Under the pieces are notes generated by a model. The model had not been told where the DNA came from. It worked only from the letters and a program-made list of their open reading frames with translations, and did not search any database. From NCBI RefSeq assembly GCF_006345805.1, contig NC_042997.1, forward strand, positions 30,318,001-30,382,000: a stretch of DNA of 64,000 nucleotides, given 5' to 3'. This document shows positions 25,341 to 37,717 of the stretch, piece by piece. The DNA is from Octopus sinensis (lineage: Eukaryota). The position numbers and the translations under genes are program-made. Position 1 is the stretch's first letter; every line of letters starts with the position of its first letter.

Positions 25341-25884
25341 CCACATGTAGATCTAACGGTTTGTAAATCCTAACTTTTCAAACCTCTGCGAAGAATACAA
25401 TGAGAGGCTTCCAAATAAGGAAGACACTGGCCTTGGCAAATATATTTTGTTTGTTAGCTGAAAATAGTGAGAAACTGTCGGTCTGGGATATAGTTGAGAT
25501 GGTAAATGTTTTTAATTTTCATTCCTTTCGTGAATTTATCCCCTTTTTTTTGTTTTCTAGCACACCGCTTCCTTATTTGGAAGCCTCTTATTGTATTTCT
25601 ATATGAATAATATATAGTCTAATGACTAATTCGTCTTTTGTGCTATTTTATCATGTTTAAATATTGTTTGATAAATTTGTTCGTAAATTTTTTACCGGCA
25701 TCCTCTCTGTCGCCGGGTATGGTTTGCGTCTGCGCAGAGGTTTGAAAAGTTAGGATTTACAAACCGTTAGATCTACATGTGGTTCTAACAGTCTGTGCAT
25801 CAGGATTATGAAGGCTATCCCACTGAAGACACTGGCCTTGGCAAATATATTTTGTTTGTTTGCTGAAAATAGTGAGAAACCGTT
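25341..25884. repeat. Nested inverted repeats plus a direct repeat carrying split hammerhead halves
   Basis: Perfect 50-bp IR at 25341-25390 and 25733-25782, ~30-bp IR at ~25394-25423 and ~25567-25596, and a direct repeat GAAGACACTGG...AGTGAGAAAC at 25420 and 25825. Confidence 0.85.
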
Positions 25885-26035
25885 AATCAGCCGAAATTGC
25901 GAAGATCATCCGGTTCTTGACTGAAGATTGAAGGCTTCGAATGTCCCGTCCGTGTTTTTTGTATCGTCTTCTAAATGTTTCACGTTCTTGTCCCAGTTTG
26001 TATTTTTTTACATTTACATATATATATATATATAT

Positions 26036-27345
26036 AATTCAAATTATTACATTATATAAAAGGGCTTAGTAAAATAAATTACTTTGCCGCATACTGAACT
26101 CATTAGAAATAGTAGCTAAAAAAACTTTTTTAAAACTATTTCTAATACTTAAAGAAAACCTCTCTCATATAGTGTTTGCTCAATTCAACTCACGAAAGTA
26201 TGGGGGTAAAGACATTAAAAATAAAATGCAAAGGTTATTTGAGAACGTACGTTTCAAGATTAGTCAACTCGACATTTCTATCATCAGCTCAGAACTCCTT
26301 GGTTTGGATTTGAAAACACTGAAAGTGGGAGCATACCCTTTCGGCTTCTTATCGCTTCTGAAGATCTGCTCGAAACTAACAGTGCCAGCAAACTCAAATA
26401 TGCAAGCGAAGAATTTCTGCTCTCCCCTTTCCACCAGCGGTGGGTTAAAATCAGTAACACTATGCTTTTTCGGTGAAATCCGAGGCATTAAATAGAGAGA
26501 GATGAATTATAATTTCAACAATTGAGGGTAAAATAATTAATATAATCAATTTCACCAAGTATTCAGTATGCAAAGGGACCATTTAAGGCGAATTCAAATT
26601 ATTACATTATATAAAAGGCTTAGTAAAATAAATTACTTTGCCGCATACTGAACTCATTAGAAATAGTAGCTAAAAAAACTTTTTTAAAACTATTCTAATA
26701 CTTAAAGAAAACCTCTCTCATATAGTGTTGCTCAATTCAACTCACGAAAGTATGGGGGTAAAGACATTAAAAAATAAAATGCAAAGGTTATTTGAGAACG
26801 TACGTTTCAAGATTAGTCAACTCGACATTTCTATCATCAGCTCAGAATCCTTGGTTGGATTTGAAAACACTGAAAGTGGGAGCAGAAATTCTTCGCTTGC
26901 ATATTTGAGTTTGCTGGCACTGTTAGTTTCGAGCAGATCTTCAGAAGCGATAAGAAGCCGAAAGGGTATGCTCCCACTTTCAGTGTTTTCAAATCCAAAC
27001 CAAGGAGTTCGAGCTGATGATAGAAATGTCGAGTTGACTAATCTTGAAACGTACGTTCTCAAATAACCTTTGCATTTTATTTTAATGTCTTTACCCCCAT
27101 ACTTTCGTGAGTTGATTGAGCAAACACTATATGAGAGAGGTTTTCTTTAGTATTAGAAATAGTTTTAAAAAAGTTTTTTTAGCTACTATTTCTAATGAGT
27201 TCAGTATGCGGCAAAGTAATTATTTTACTAAGCCCTTTTATATAATGTAATAATTTGAATTCGCCTTAAAGGTCCCTTTGCATACTGAATACTTGGTGAA
27301 ATTGATAATAATTAATTAATTTTACCCTCAATTGTTGAAATTATA
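26036..27345. mobile_element. Non-coding ~555-bp unit in tandem then inverted, one hammerhead per unit (candidate retrozyme or non-autonomous PLE)
   Basis: The unit restarts at 26036 and 26591. Inverted arms span 26508-26884 and 26969-27345 around an 84-bp loop. (TA)n lies on both sides. Confidence 0.75.
27011..27060 (+). ncRNA. Type I hammerhead ribozyme candidate, canonical core
   Basis: GAG CTGATGA [TAGAAATGTC gagtt GACTAATCTT] GAAA CGTACG TT CTC. Identical copies lie on the minus strand at 26241-26290 and 26794-26843. Confidence 0.7.
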
Positions 27346-27489
27346 TATATATATAATATATATCTATTATATATATATATATATATAACGGGAAGCTTTA
27401 TGAAAATAAACAAAAGACGAAGGCAGGTGGAAAACAACGAACAATTGTATTATATATATATATACATATATATATATACACATATATAC

Positions 27490-27646
27490 GACAGGCTTCT
27501 TTCAGTTTCCGTCTACCAAATACACTCACAAGGCATTGGTCGGCCCGGGGCTATAGCAGAAGACACTTGCCCAAGCTGTCACGCAGTGGGACGGAACCCG
27601 CACCCATGTGGTTGGTTAGCAAGCTACTTACCACACAGCCACTCCT
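27490..27646 (-). mobile_element. SINE family C 5' half
   Basis: Reverse complement of the 45210 head through GAAAGAAGCCTGTCG. Confidence 0.85.
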
Positions 27647-28134
27647 ATATATATATATAAACATGTCTATGTCTATAAATAACTGATGATTTTGATATGA
27701 TTTTCCATTTCCTGTGTTATCTCGATAACAAAAACAAACCCTATTTCATACATATGAAAACAAATACTTTACAAAAGTTTCTTACTCTTTTGATTAATCT
27801 TGTAAAATATCAAGAATTTTGCTTTGTATGAGTTCTTTGCACGTGCAATATTTGTGTGCGCCATATTAAGGGCGAATATTTTTATCTGATGATGTGTGGT
27901 AGATGGCAGTGGTTGATAATTCTTATTCCATATTCTGATATTGTTCTTGGTTATTTTTGCCTCTTTAAGACTTGAACATGTAGTGATATTCAAACACAAA
28001 CACACACATATATACGTAGGTATATGAATACCATTTTATAGACAAAATACGAAAACAGCACACACACCCCTCTCTCTCTTCCTCTTTCTTACTGACTCCC
28101 ATTATAAGACACGAAATATCAATAGAACTAATCG

Positions 28135-28290
28135 TTTCAAATTTTAGCGCAAGGCCAGCAATTTTTAGGGGAAAGGGGAAGTTGATTGTATCCATCCCAG
28201 TACTCAACTAGTATATATTTTATCGACCGCGAAAGGATGAAAGGCAAAGTCATGCTCGGCGAAATTTGAACTCAGAGTGTAATGATAGAC
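28135..28290 (-). mobile_element. SINE family A
   Basis: CAAGGCCAGCAATT...GAAAGGATGAAAGGCAAAGTC...TTTGAACTCAGA. Confidence 0.7.
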
Positions 28291-28665
28291 GAATAAAAAT
28301 GTGAAATATTGCATTCAAGCACTATTTTATTTCATGTTCTTTATATTTCGCTTAAACGATCTTAAGGAGAGGGAAACTTTAAGTAGCGACGTCTCGAAAC
28401 AGCAGCAGCATCGAAGTTTGTAGTTACGCTGTAATATACATATTGAGTTCTCTTACACCAAAAGAAGACGAAATAGACTTGAAGTCTGATCCTGCTAAAC
28501 CTACTTAGCCTCTTTCATCTTCTCTTAGTGTACCTCTTCTAATTTACTAAAGGATCTCTACGGTTTTTGTAATACTGTTGTATTACGACAACATAGGCTT
28601 ACGTGAACCTCGCATACTGACTTACTTGACGACACACACACACACACATATATATATATACATAT

Positions 28666-28712
<47 letters not shown>

Positions 28713-29650
28713 AATTAATTAATAAAATAAAACATGCATATATACATTCATATATGTACGTACCTACCTCTACATGTATATATACATGCATATATGGGTA
28801 CAGGACACCAAAAAAACGTCGAACACAATGAGAAACGAAAACATAAACACAAAACCAAGGAAATGGACATTTTTCTTAAACAACGAAAAACTAGAGTAAA
28901 GGACATACAATACAAGGAAAATTCCCCTTCTTCAGTCGCCTTTGTTTCATCTACTCCGCGTTTCGAATTTATTGAAACATTCCTTCACGCGAAAAGCAAA
29001 TTAAATAAAATTTGAGATTTTTTTGCGGAGGGGTAAAAATGGTAACAAAAACAGGACAGTAACGACAGTACAAAATATAAACAGTAAAAGACAGGACAAG
29101 GAGAATAACAGTAACACAGATAAGAAGAGCTGTTAAGCCGAACGAGATAAAATATTACGAACGCTATTTTTGAGAACGGCGAAGGAGCCGCAGAAAATGC
29201 CGTCTACATTGAAGGAAGCCAGGTCAGAAAGACAGCAGCAGAGCTCTCGTCGAGGGTCAACGACGGGAGGGAGGAGTAGGAGCAAAAGAAAGGGAGAGAA
29301 AAAAGGGAATGGTTGTAGAGAAAACCAGGGAGAATGAAGAATGAGAGAGAGAGAGAGGGAGAGACAGTAAGGTAGAAGAAAGGAAACCCGAAAGAATGAA
29401 GGCTGAGAAAGGGAGGGGGGCAGAAAGGTTAAGAGTGCGCATCATTATTAATATTAAGAACAATCTTACTTAGAAATGGATGCGTGCGTTCCGTCAGATA
29501 ATAAATTAATAAATAAAATAAAACATATACATATATATAAAACATATATATATATATCCGAAGATTAAAATATGCTAAGCCACTGGTTTTAATTGATTAA
29601 TATCAATTTCTACCCTTATTTAATTATATATATATATATATATATATTTG

Positions 29651-29682
<32 letters not shown>

Positions 29683-29799
29683 TGTATGTATGTATGTATG
29701 TATATATGTATGTATGTGTGTATGTATGTGTGTGTGTGTGTGTATTTCGGCATGTTGAACCGTTAATCCCTACACATGTCTTCTCTCTACGTTCTGATA

Positions 29800-29955
29800 T
29801 TTCGTTCTCTCTGCATGTTTTCCTCTCAACCCTTTCAGTCGAAGAGCGTAGGCTCGAAACATCAAAGACTTTTCCATTCGTCCCAAGCATCAAACTAATT
29901 CATCTGCTTGTTTTTCCTCCCCTGCCTTCGTCTTTTGTTTTCTGTAAATTTGAAC
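29800..29955 (+). mobile_element. Short microsatellite-embedded element with a decayed hammerhead-like motif (related to 47461-47640 and 27387-27450)
   Basis: CTTT CAGTCGAA GAGC gtag GCTC GAAA CAT C AAAG at 29832-29867, plus a shared CCTGCCTTCGTCTTTTGTTT segment. Confidence 0.6.
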
Positions 29956-30057
29956 TGTGTGTACGAGTGTGCGTGTGTGTGCATGTGTGCGCGTGTGTGA
30001 CGTATGTGTGTGTGCGCGCGAGCATGTATGTATTTGTTCATGTGTGTGTGTGTGTGT

Positions 30058-30375
30058 GAAGGCACGTGGCTTCATGGTTAAGGTATTCGGCTCATGATCG
30101 TACGGTTTTAAGTTCGATTCCCGGCGTTGATTTGTGTCTTTAAGCAAGGTACTTTATTTCACGCTGCTCCAGTCCACTCAACCAACAAAAACTAGTTGCA
30201 GCTGTAATTTCAAAGGGACCAGCCTTGTCTCATTCTGCATCAGGGTCAATCTCCCTAAGAACTCCGTTAAGAGTACGCATGTCTGTGTTCAGTCACTTTA
30301 CATGTTAATTTCACAAGCAAGCTGTTCCGTTGATGGGATAACTGAAACACTCGTCGTTGTAACCGACGGAGTGCA
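30058..30375 (+). mobile_element. tRNA-derived SINE with family-B-type 3' half
   Basis: GTTCGATTCC box B; ends in CTCGTCGTTGTAACCGACGGAGTGC like 8913-9301. Confidence 0.8.
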
Positions 30376-30531
30376 AACTATATATATATATATATATATA
30401 CATATTACAACATACACACGTATACATATATATATGTGTATATGTATATATTTGTGTGTGTTTAAATATCTATGTATATAATATACGCATAGATATGTGT
30501 ATGTATATATATATATATATTATATATATAT

Positions 30532-30579
<48 letters not shown>

Positions 30580-30837
30580 CTGAATATGTATATATATAAT
30601 ACATAATATATATATAACACATGCATATATATATACATATATATACACACATATACACATATATACACACACACACAGATAAGAAAAGAAATGGAGCAAC
30701 AATTAACAATTAGAAGTTGATCATTAGTATTAAATGGTCATAGTTTAATTGTAGTTCAACAACATTTACAGTTGTTTCAGCATGTTATTTCGAAGTAAAT
30801 TCATTTCGTTCCTTTAACAACCATCGTTAGAATCGTC

Positions 30838-32360
30838 TATTAACTATTTAGATGCCAATTGTAATTTTGTAATTTAACCACGGGATTACAAGAACCGTAC
30901 ATTAAACCTAATACCAATCTCAAATGTATTAATGCACATAGCAACCACCCAAACTTTATAAAAAGAGGACTTGTACAGAACATTAGTAAAAGAATTTCGT
31001 ATTTCTCGTCCAAAGAAGATACCTTCAATAAGTATAAGTAACACTACATTATTGCATTGGAAAATGCAGGTTATAAGCAAAAATTAAATACCTGTACTCG
31101 GAGCCTTATTAAAAATAACCCGAATAACATAAATATTCATACTTATAATCATAGAAATAATAGACAAAATATCTATAATAATAATCACAAAAACAATAAG
31201 AATAACAGTAACAATAATAGAAATAGTAGGAAGAATGATAAGATTCATAATAATGTTAACAAAATTAGATATGATAACGATAGAAATACTAATAATGGGA
31301 ATGATATCAATACCAAGAAAAATAATAATAACAATAAAAATAATAATAATACGCCTAAAATATAGTCCCTGTTTGTAATTATAATATCAAGGTAAATAAA
31401 ATAAATAAATCGAATAGGAACAACCCTACCATATCTGATAGCAATAGTAATAAAAATAACAGTACAAAGAAGAAGAAGAATTATAACCATAACTTTACGA
31501 TCTACGATAATACTGAGGGCAGTTTTTACACCAAAAACAAAAATAATAAAAATAACAAGCGGAATAAACATAACATCTGGCTAATAATCCCCTTCGCGAT
31601 ACAACTAAAAACCAGTATAGTTAAATATATAATAAAAACCAATAATAAAACTTATAAATAAGCACTTCAATATGAATACGAAATACTCAGAAATCTTTAG
31701 CCATAGCCTTACTTGCAACCTAGCTACTATTATAGCCTCTATCAACAATAAAAAGCTAGACGCCTTCTATGAAACTAGGAAGAATAACAATACAAAGGAC
31801 AACAGCCAATCGATTGGTATAATAAGTGCCCCCCCCCCCCAAATAACTCGCCCTCTAAAAATTCGGACAACCATCTTATAAATCATATAATCCCCCCACC
31901 CACCCCACCATATCATAGTCACAGATAATCTTACTAATCTATGTGGTTGCAGAGATAAAAAATACTTGTGAATTCTTGAATAAATGTAAAACTAAAAATG
32001 TAATCTGCCCAATGTGATGTATTCTCCAAAAATTACAAGAAAACTTATATAGGAGCAACTAAAAATGAAATGAAACTCAGATATAATTCCTATCGCTCAA
32101 ATTTCAGAAATAGAAGTAAGGCTAACTCTACTAGATTAAGTAGTTACATCTGGGAACTGAAAGACAATAACATTAATTATAAATTAGAATGGCGTATCCT
32201 AGCCAAAACATCTTCATATAACCTCAAAACTAATCGCTGTAATTTATGCATAAATGAGTTCTTCATTTTAATGACCAAATCAGAATTACTTGATAAACGA
32301 GACGAGAAAAATCAAACATGTTTACGTAAAGATAAATTCTTATTTTCTAAATACCGCTAA
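30838..32360 (+). pseudogene. Decayed Penelope-like element of a second clade (RT C-terminus, N-rich linker, GIY-YIG)
   Basis: INYLDA, EPYIKPNTNLKCINAHSNHPNFIKR, ISKRIS, ALENAGY, CGCRDK, YIGATKNEMKLRYNSYRSNF, NSTRLSSYIWELKD, RCNLCINE and LLDKRDE, with stops and frameshifts. Confidence 0.85.
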
Positions 32361-33350
32361 ATGACCTGCCTAACATCTGATTACCTCCCCTAACCCTCCT
32401 CCTTACCACAGAGCATAATTTAACATCACATCACAATTAAATTAAATTACCCCGATTAACTGAATTATCTATCTTAAATCTACGATGTACACCAATTGGT
32501 ATGTTAGATCGCTGACTAACATACCAATTTCTAGGGTGGCCGCTAAAGTAAACGTGATTAAACGAGCGACTTAGCTTATCCCAGCCGACTGTATTGGTTT
32601 TTAATTATATTAACGAGTAGATAGCCCGCGCCACACATAACAATATGTTATTTACTTCGAAATAACAAACTGGAACAGCTGTAAATGTTCTTGAACTATG
32701 ACCTTTTAATAAATGTTCCTCAACTATGACCTTTTAATACCAATGATCAACTTCTAATTGTTAATTATTGCTCCATTTCTTTTCTCATCTGAATATATTA
32801 AACCAAAGTTTTACCATTTAAATTACCAACTACTGTTAACCTTATAGCAAGGCCTACACATAGCGAGCTAATAAACCAGTAGTGCCTACGGATACATTTA
32901 TCCCTTAGACGGTTTTATAACCACTAACTCATAATTTATATATATATATACGTACACATGTATGTGTGTATATGGATACACAAGCTGTAACCAGACACAT
33001 ATAGTTCTCACCAAGTACAACTTAAATTGTGGAATAGAGGCATTTATTCCTCAACTAGTTATAAATTAACTGGGATAGAAGTTTACAGAAGGTTGCCACT
33101 GATCCTTTACAATTTAGAAAATATTTACTAATACAAATACATATGTTTATATCGTAGAATTTCAAGATGTGTTTAATTTTATAATAGTGCCATTATCAGT
33201 TGTTTTTAAATATAGGTTGTTCGTGATATTGTATGTACGTGTTTGCCTATATGTAATTTGTATATAAAACGGGTATCGTTCGTTCATACGCTCTCTCCCC
33301 ACACACACACTGGTTCTACCTATCTATCTATCCATCTAGCTATCTACCCG

Positions 33351-35165
33351 CGAGAACTGGGATGCGGGACGAGCGTGTCTGCATACGCGGACGACGTCAC
33401 CGTCATAGTGTCTAGCCACGAGCACATCGAGCAGGTCGGCGAGACACTGAAAAACTACGAAGCGGTGACAGGAGCGAAAATCAACCGGGAAAAGTCAGTG
33501 GGCTTGCGACTAGACACCTGGAGAAGCAAGCCCATGCCGTCCACCAGCGCCTCCGTCGTGAGACGCTGGACCGACGGCCCGGTTGAGTTGCTCGGGGTCT
33601 GGTTTGGTCCGGACCTCCAAGTGGAGAAGAACTGGAACGAGATAACGAGTAGGGGGTCACTCTCGCCCGGCAATGGGCCGAGAGGAAACTGTCCCTAAAA
33701 GGTCGGGCGGAGGTGGCGAACACGTGCATCGCGTCCGTCATCTACTACCGCCTGACCGTCGTACCTTGTCCCGACCCTACCATCACCAAACTACAACGCA
33801 TTCTCTTTCGCTTCTTGTGGAAAGGATGCGTCCCGATGGTCAGGCGATCCATTTGCTGTCAACACCCGTTAAAAGGAGGGCTGGGCATGCCGTGGTTGAT
33901 GATGCGCAGACACGCGCTGAGACTGCGACATCTCTGGCTCTATGTAGACGACGGTGAACAGGCGTGGTCGCCGTTTGTGAGGCACGCTTTCCCGCAGCTC
34001 GTCTCCATGACCGAACTGCAGTCGTGGATCAAAAAGAGGCCGAAGAAGGGCGAATGGCACCGCGAGTGTCGCGTTGCTCTCAAGCAACTCTGCCGTCCTG
34101 GGTCGACCTGAGTGACTTCAACACAACCAAAGCATTCTATAGGGGTTTAGTGGAGGGGAGGTACGACGACGAGCTCGGGGCGAACCTGGACGTCGACGAG
34201 GAGTACCTGACCCGCCTGTTCAGGACGACTTTCGGGCCAGGGCCCATGGACAACTTCCAGAGATCCCTGGCCTGGCAGTGCTACCGAGAAGCGCTACCCG
34301 TTCGGGATAAGCTCTACAGACACGGCTCGAGAAACACGGGGCCGACCTGCCCGAGATGCGGTCAGAGCGACGAAACCGTTCTGCACGCACTCGTGCAGTG
34401 TCCAACACTTTCCGACCTGTGGGCTTATGTCGAACAACTGCTGTCACGTGTGGGACGAGTCGGTTTATCAGCTGAGTCTATCGTTAATATTGTCACGCCT
34501 CCCTCCTTCAAACGGAAAGGAAGAGCTATTTTCATCATCCTTGTGGCTATGGCGAAAGAATGTATCTGGTGGACGCGTCTGAAAGGATTGGAGACAAACA
34601 CTTTCCTCTCTGGTCAATCTCTCATCAACTCTTCAAGTACCACTTGAAAAGGAAAGTGAGAGTAGAGAGGCAAGTTTTGTCTAGCGAATGTTTTAAAAAA
34701 AGATGGGTGAATGTAGCAAGAATGGCACGTATGAATGACGAAGCCACCTTGAGCATAGTCCTATGAACCCAGAAATTGAAAACAGAGAGTTGCTTATTTG
34801 CAAAAAAAAAAAAAAAAGACTCCATTGTGACTCCATTGACCGAGGTTACCGTGGTCTTTTCCGTAGGCTTTTCTTTCCACGGGTAAACCTCACCTGTCCT
34901 CCCCTTTACACTTCATATTGACATTTCTGTGATAACGATCCCTATTGATCAATTTTTTTTTTTTTTTTTTCTCTTTTTTTTCTTCCTCTCCCCCTTTTTT
35001 TTTAACCCCCCTTTTTTGTCCTCTTTCTCTCCTTTTACGATCCCTTTTGATCGAAACTCCCCCTTCCTATTTTTTCTTTTTTTTTTTTTTAAACCTTCAA
35101 AAGAAAAGCTCTACCTTGTAATTTGTTCTATCTGTGTGCAGCCCTGTGTGGCTAATAAAGAAACA
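33351..35165 (+). mobile_element. 5'-truncated L1/Tx1-clade LINE (RT YADD through CCHC and 3' UTR)
   Basis: SAYADDVTVIV, GAKINREKS, LGVWFGP, LSLKGRAEVAN, FRFLWKG, KGGLGMP and CPRCGQSDETVLHALVQC. Few frameshifts, stop at 34764-34766, then a T-rich UTR ending AATAAAGAAAC. Confidence 0.93.
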
Positions 35166-35199
35166 TATCTATTTACCTATCTATCTTTCTACCCGAACA

Positions 35200-35210
35200 G
35201 ACAGACAGAC

Positions 35211-35269
<59 letters not shown>

Positions 35270-35284
35270 GAATTAGATAGTTAG

Positions 35285-35329
<45 letters not shown>

Positions 35330-35330
35330 T
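35200..35330. repeat. (GACA)/(GATA)n/(GA)n microsatellite
   Basis: Direct reading. Confidence 0.95.
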
Positions 35331-36287
35331 AAACACGCGTGTGCACACAAACATACTCACACCATACAACTGTAAATATTTGTGAAATGTAGTCCTGTTA
35401 GATACGATATGTTTTCAGCTTTACGTGGTAGGCCCCACACACTGTCCTATTCAGTACCGCCTTTTGGCGAATGGATACCTTTGGTGTAGTTCACTGTGTT
35501 GCAAGCATACGAGTCAGAGTTCTAACAGAGACTTACAGCGATTTTGTGGCACTCTGGCATCTTTGAAATTTCCCTATATGACAAAAATTAGATCTAAACC
35601 CACCTAAAAATGCTCCTTACTATTCTCTAATCTGTATGAACCGCGAGCTAACCTAGAGCCTACACAGCACCTTTTCTCAACGCGCACGAACCATATTTAC
35701 TTTTCCCCTTTGAGAAGCAGATATTCAAAATTTATCAACAGTTGATCCCTGCTCTCCAGGCTACAAACTCCGCTGCTATGTGTATAGTATAGCAGCGGGT
35801 TCATCTTACACACCATTTAAAATTTAAATGTGTTGGTCTAAATTATAAAGAGCTGACAGCGAGAGGATATCAGCTGCAACCTTTTCCTTGAATACAGCCA
35901 ACTACACATTATGTATGCACAAATGAATGTGTGTATGTGTGAATAAATATATACATATAAACTATATACTTGGAATGACCAATTTTAAATACTGTTGGAT
36001 TTTACTCATAAGGCATTGGAATCTTACATATATACCATTCTGCCTAAAAAATGGATCTACAAATTCAATATCCCTACATATCTCACATCTATTTTCTTTC
36101 CTCCATCTCACTCTCTATTTTGTATCCTATCTAAATAATTAACTATTACTTAACCATCCTCTCACACCATCTCCGATGAAGGGATATAATTAATAAATAT
36201 CCTAGAAACAGCTGTAAGACCTTGTCTATAAATGTTTTAATATCTACACAGCCTTGGTTTTTTTATCTCATTACGCAAAAATTATTT

Positions 36288-36329
<42 letters not shown>

Positions 36330-36341
36330 TGCGTGCGTGCG

Positions 36342-36568
36342 TGCTGGGGATGCTGAAACGTTCCTGGCTTGAAAGGTGTTGCGAAAGGCCTGGCTGGAGA
36401 CCAATGCTTCCGAGTTCTTTTACGGGGCTTACGAAAATTGAGGGGCCGCTGCAATAAGTATGTAGTATTTCAGTATGAAAGGGGAATATGTCGGATATAA
36501 TCTTAATTAAGAGATGATCCTGTATTTTCTTTTGCCCAAAGCCAGGAACTTTTCAGCAACACCTTGTA
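36342..36568. mobile_element. Mariner-type MITE
   Basis: Imperfect TIRs ...TGCTGAAACGTTCCTGGCTT and AAGCCAGGAACTTTTCAGCAACACCTTGTA, similar to the TIR at 17826. Confidence 0.7.
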
Positions 36569-36851
36569 TACACAAGTACGTATGTGTACTTAGATGTGTA
36601 TATTTACATAATGCACACATATGACATTTACGTATGTGCTCCAGCTTGGGGATGTATGGAAGAGGGTGTCTACGAACGCATTTGCCTGACCTTCAAATTC
36701 TAAAAATAATGGGCAACGTGAACTTACGTAGAAAACTAAGTCATTCGATATTAATTTTAGTGGGAACGGGTAAGACTAACGTATGCATACATGTACGTAT
36801 AGATAATGTATATATGTGTATATATGTGTATATATATATACATATACATAT

Positions 36852-36897
<46 letters not shown>

Positions 36898-37717
36898 GTA
36901 GGGGGTATGTGTGTGTAGAGAGAAAGAAAGAGAGGGGAGGAAAATTGACTTTTATTTTTGGTTTCGAGTGGCGGGAGTGGGTTGTTAATGTTTGTTCAGT
37001 ATAAAATTAAATCAGTACATTTATAACTCGGGTGCTGAATTGCTAACCAGAGGTTACTGAAGTCCATAATTTATTTAATTAACGATATTGATAATAGCAA
37101 ATTAAAACCTTGTTTGGAAGGAAGCAGTGTGGAAGAATAGGCACAACAAATAAAATTTTAAAACATGAAAATGAAAAATCATTAAAAAAAAACATTATAA
37201 AAATAGTAAGTAAATAAGGAAAAAGGGGAAGAGAAGGTGAAATTCAAGATATGGAATAAGAAAAAGCAATGAAGTAACAAGTTAAGAGAAAGCTAGAGAG
37301 TGGGTGCATGTTAAAAAGGTTGTTTAGTTCATTGAAATACTAATTTTAAGGTTTATGCAGATTTCAGTAACGAATCGGTAACTAACAGAGTGAAAAGAAG
37401 CTGGAAAAAAATGATTTCCTTTAATTATCCGTCTTTTTTCTATCTTGAGAAATCCTACCTGGATTATAGGTTTCTTCTTTCTTTTCATCATTCTGGAATC
37501 TATAGTTTAATACAAGCAATACCGAAGTTGGAAAATTCCAATTTTTAGTTTTATCATATTGCGTAGAGAAAGATTTTGATGGTGAATATCAGAATCAGTA
37601 GGAGCCTGACAAAATATCTAGGTTCAATTAGTTCCGTCCTTTTAAAGAATCTTCTGAAAATCCTGTTTGTTTTCGTGGTCTGACTTTAACTTACATCTTC
37701 CTAAAATAATAAGTATA

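Noticed and set aside
28915-28995. Minus-strand CTGAAGA and GAAACGCG motifs
   Set aside because: The motifs do not assemble into one hammerhead with paired stems.
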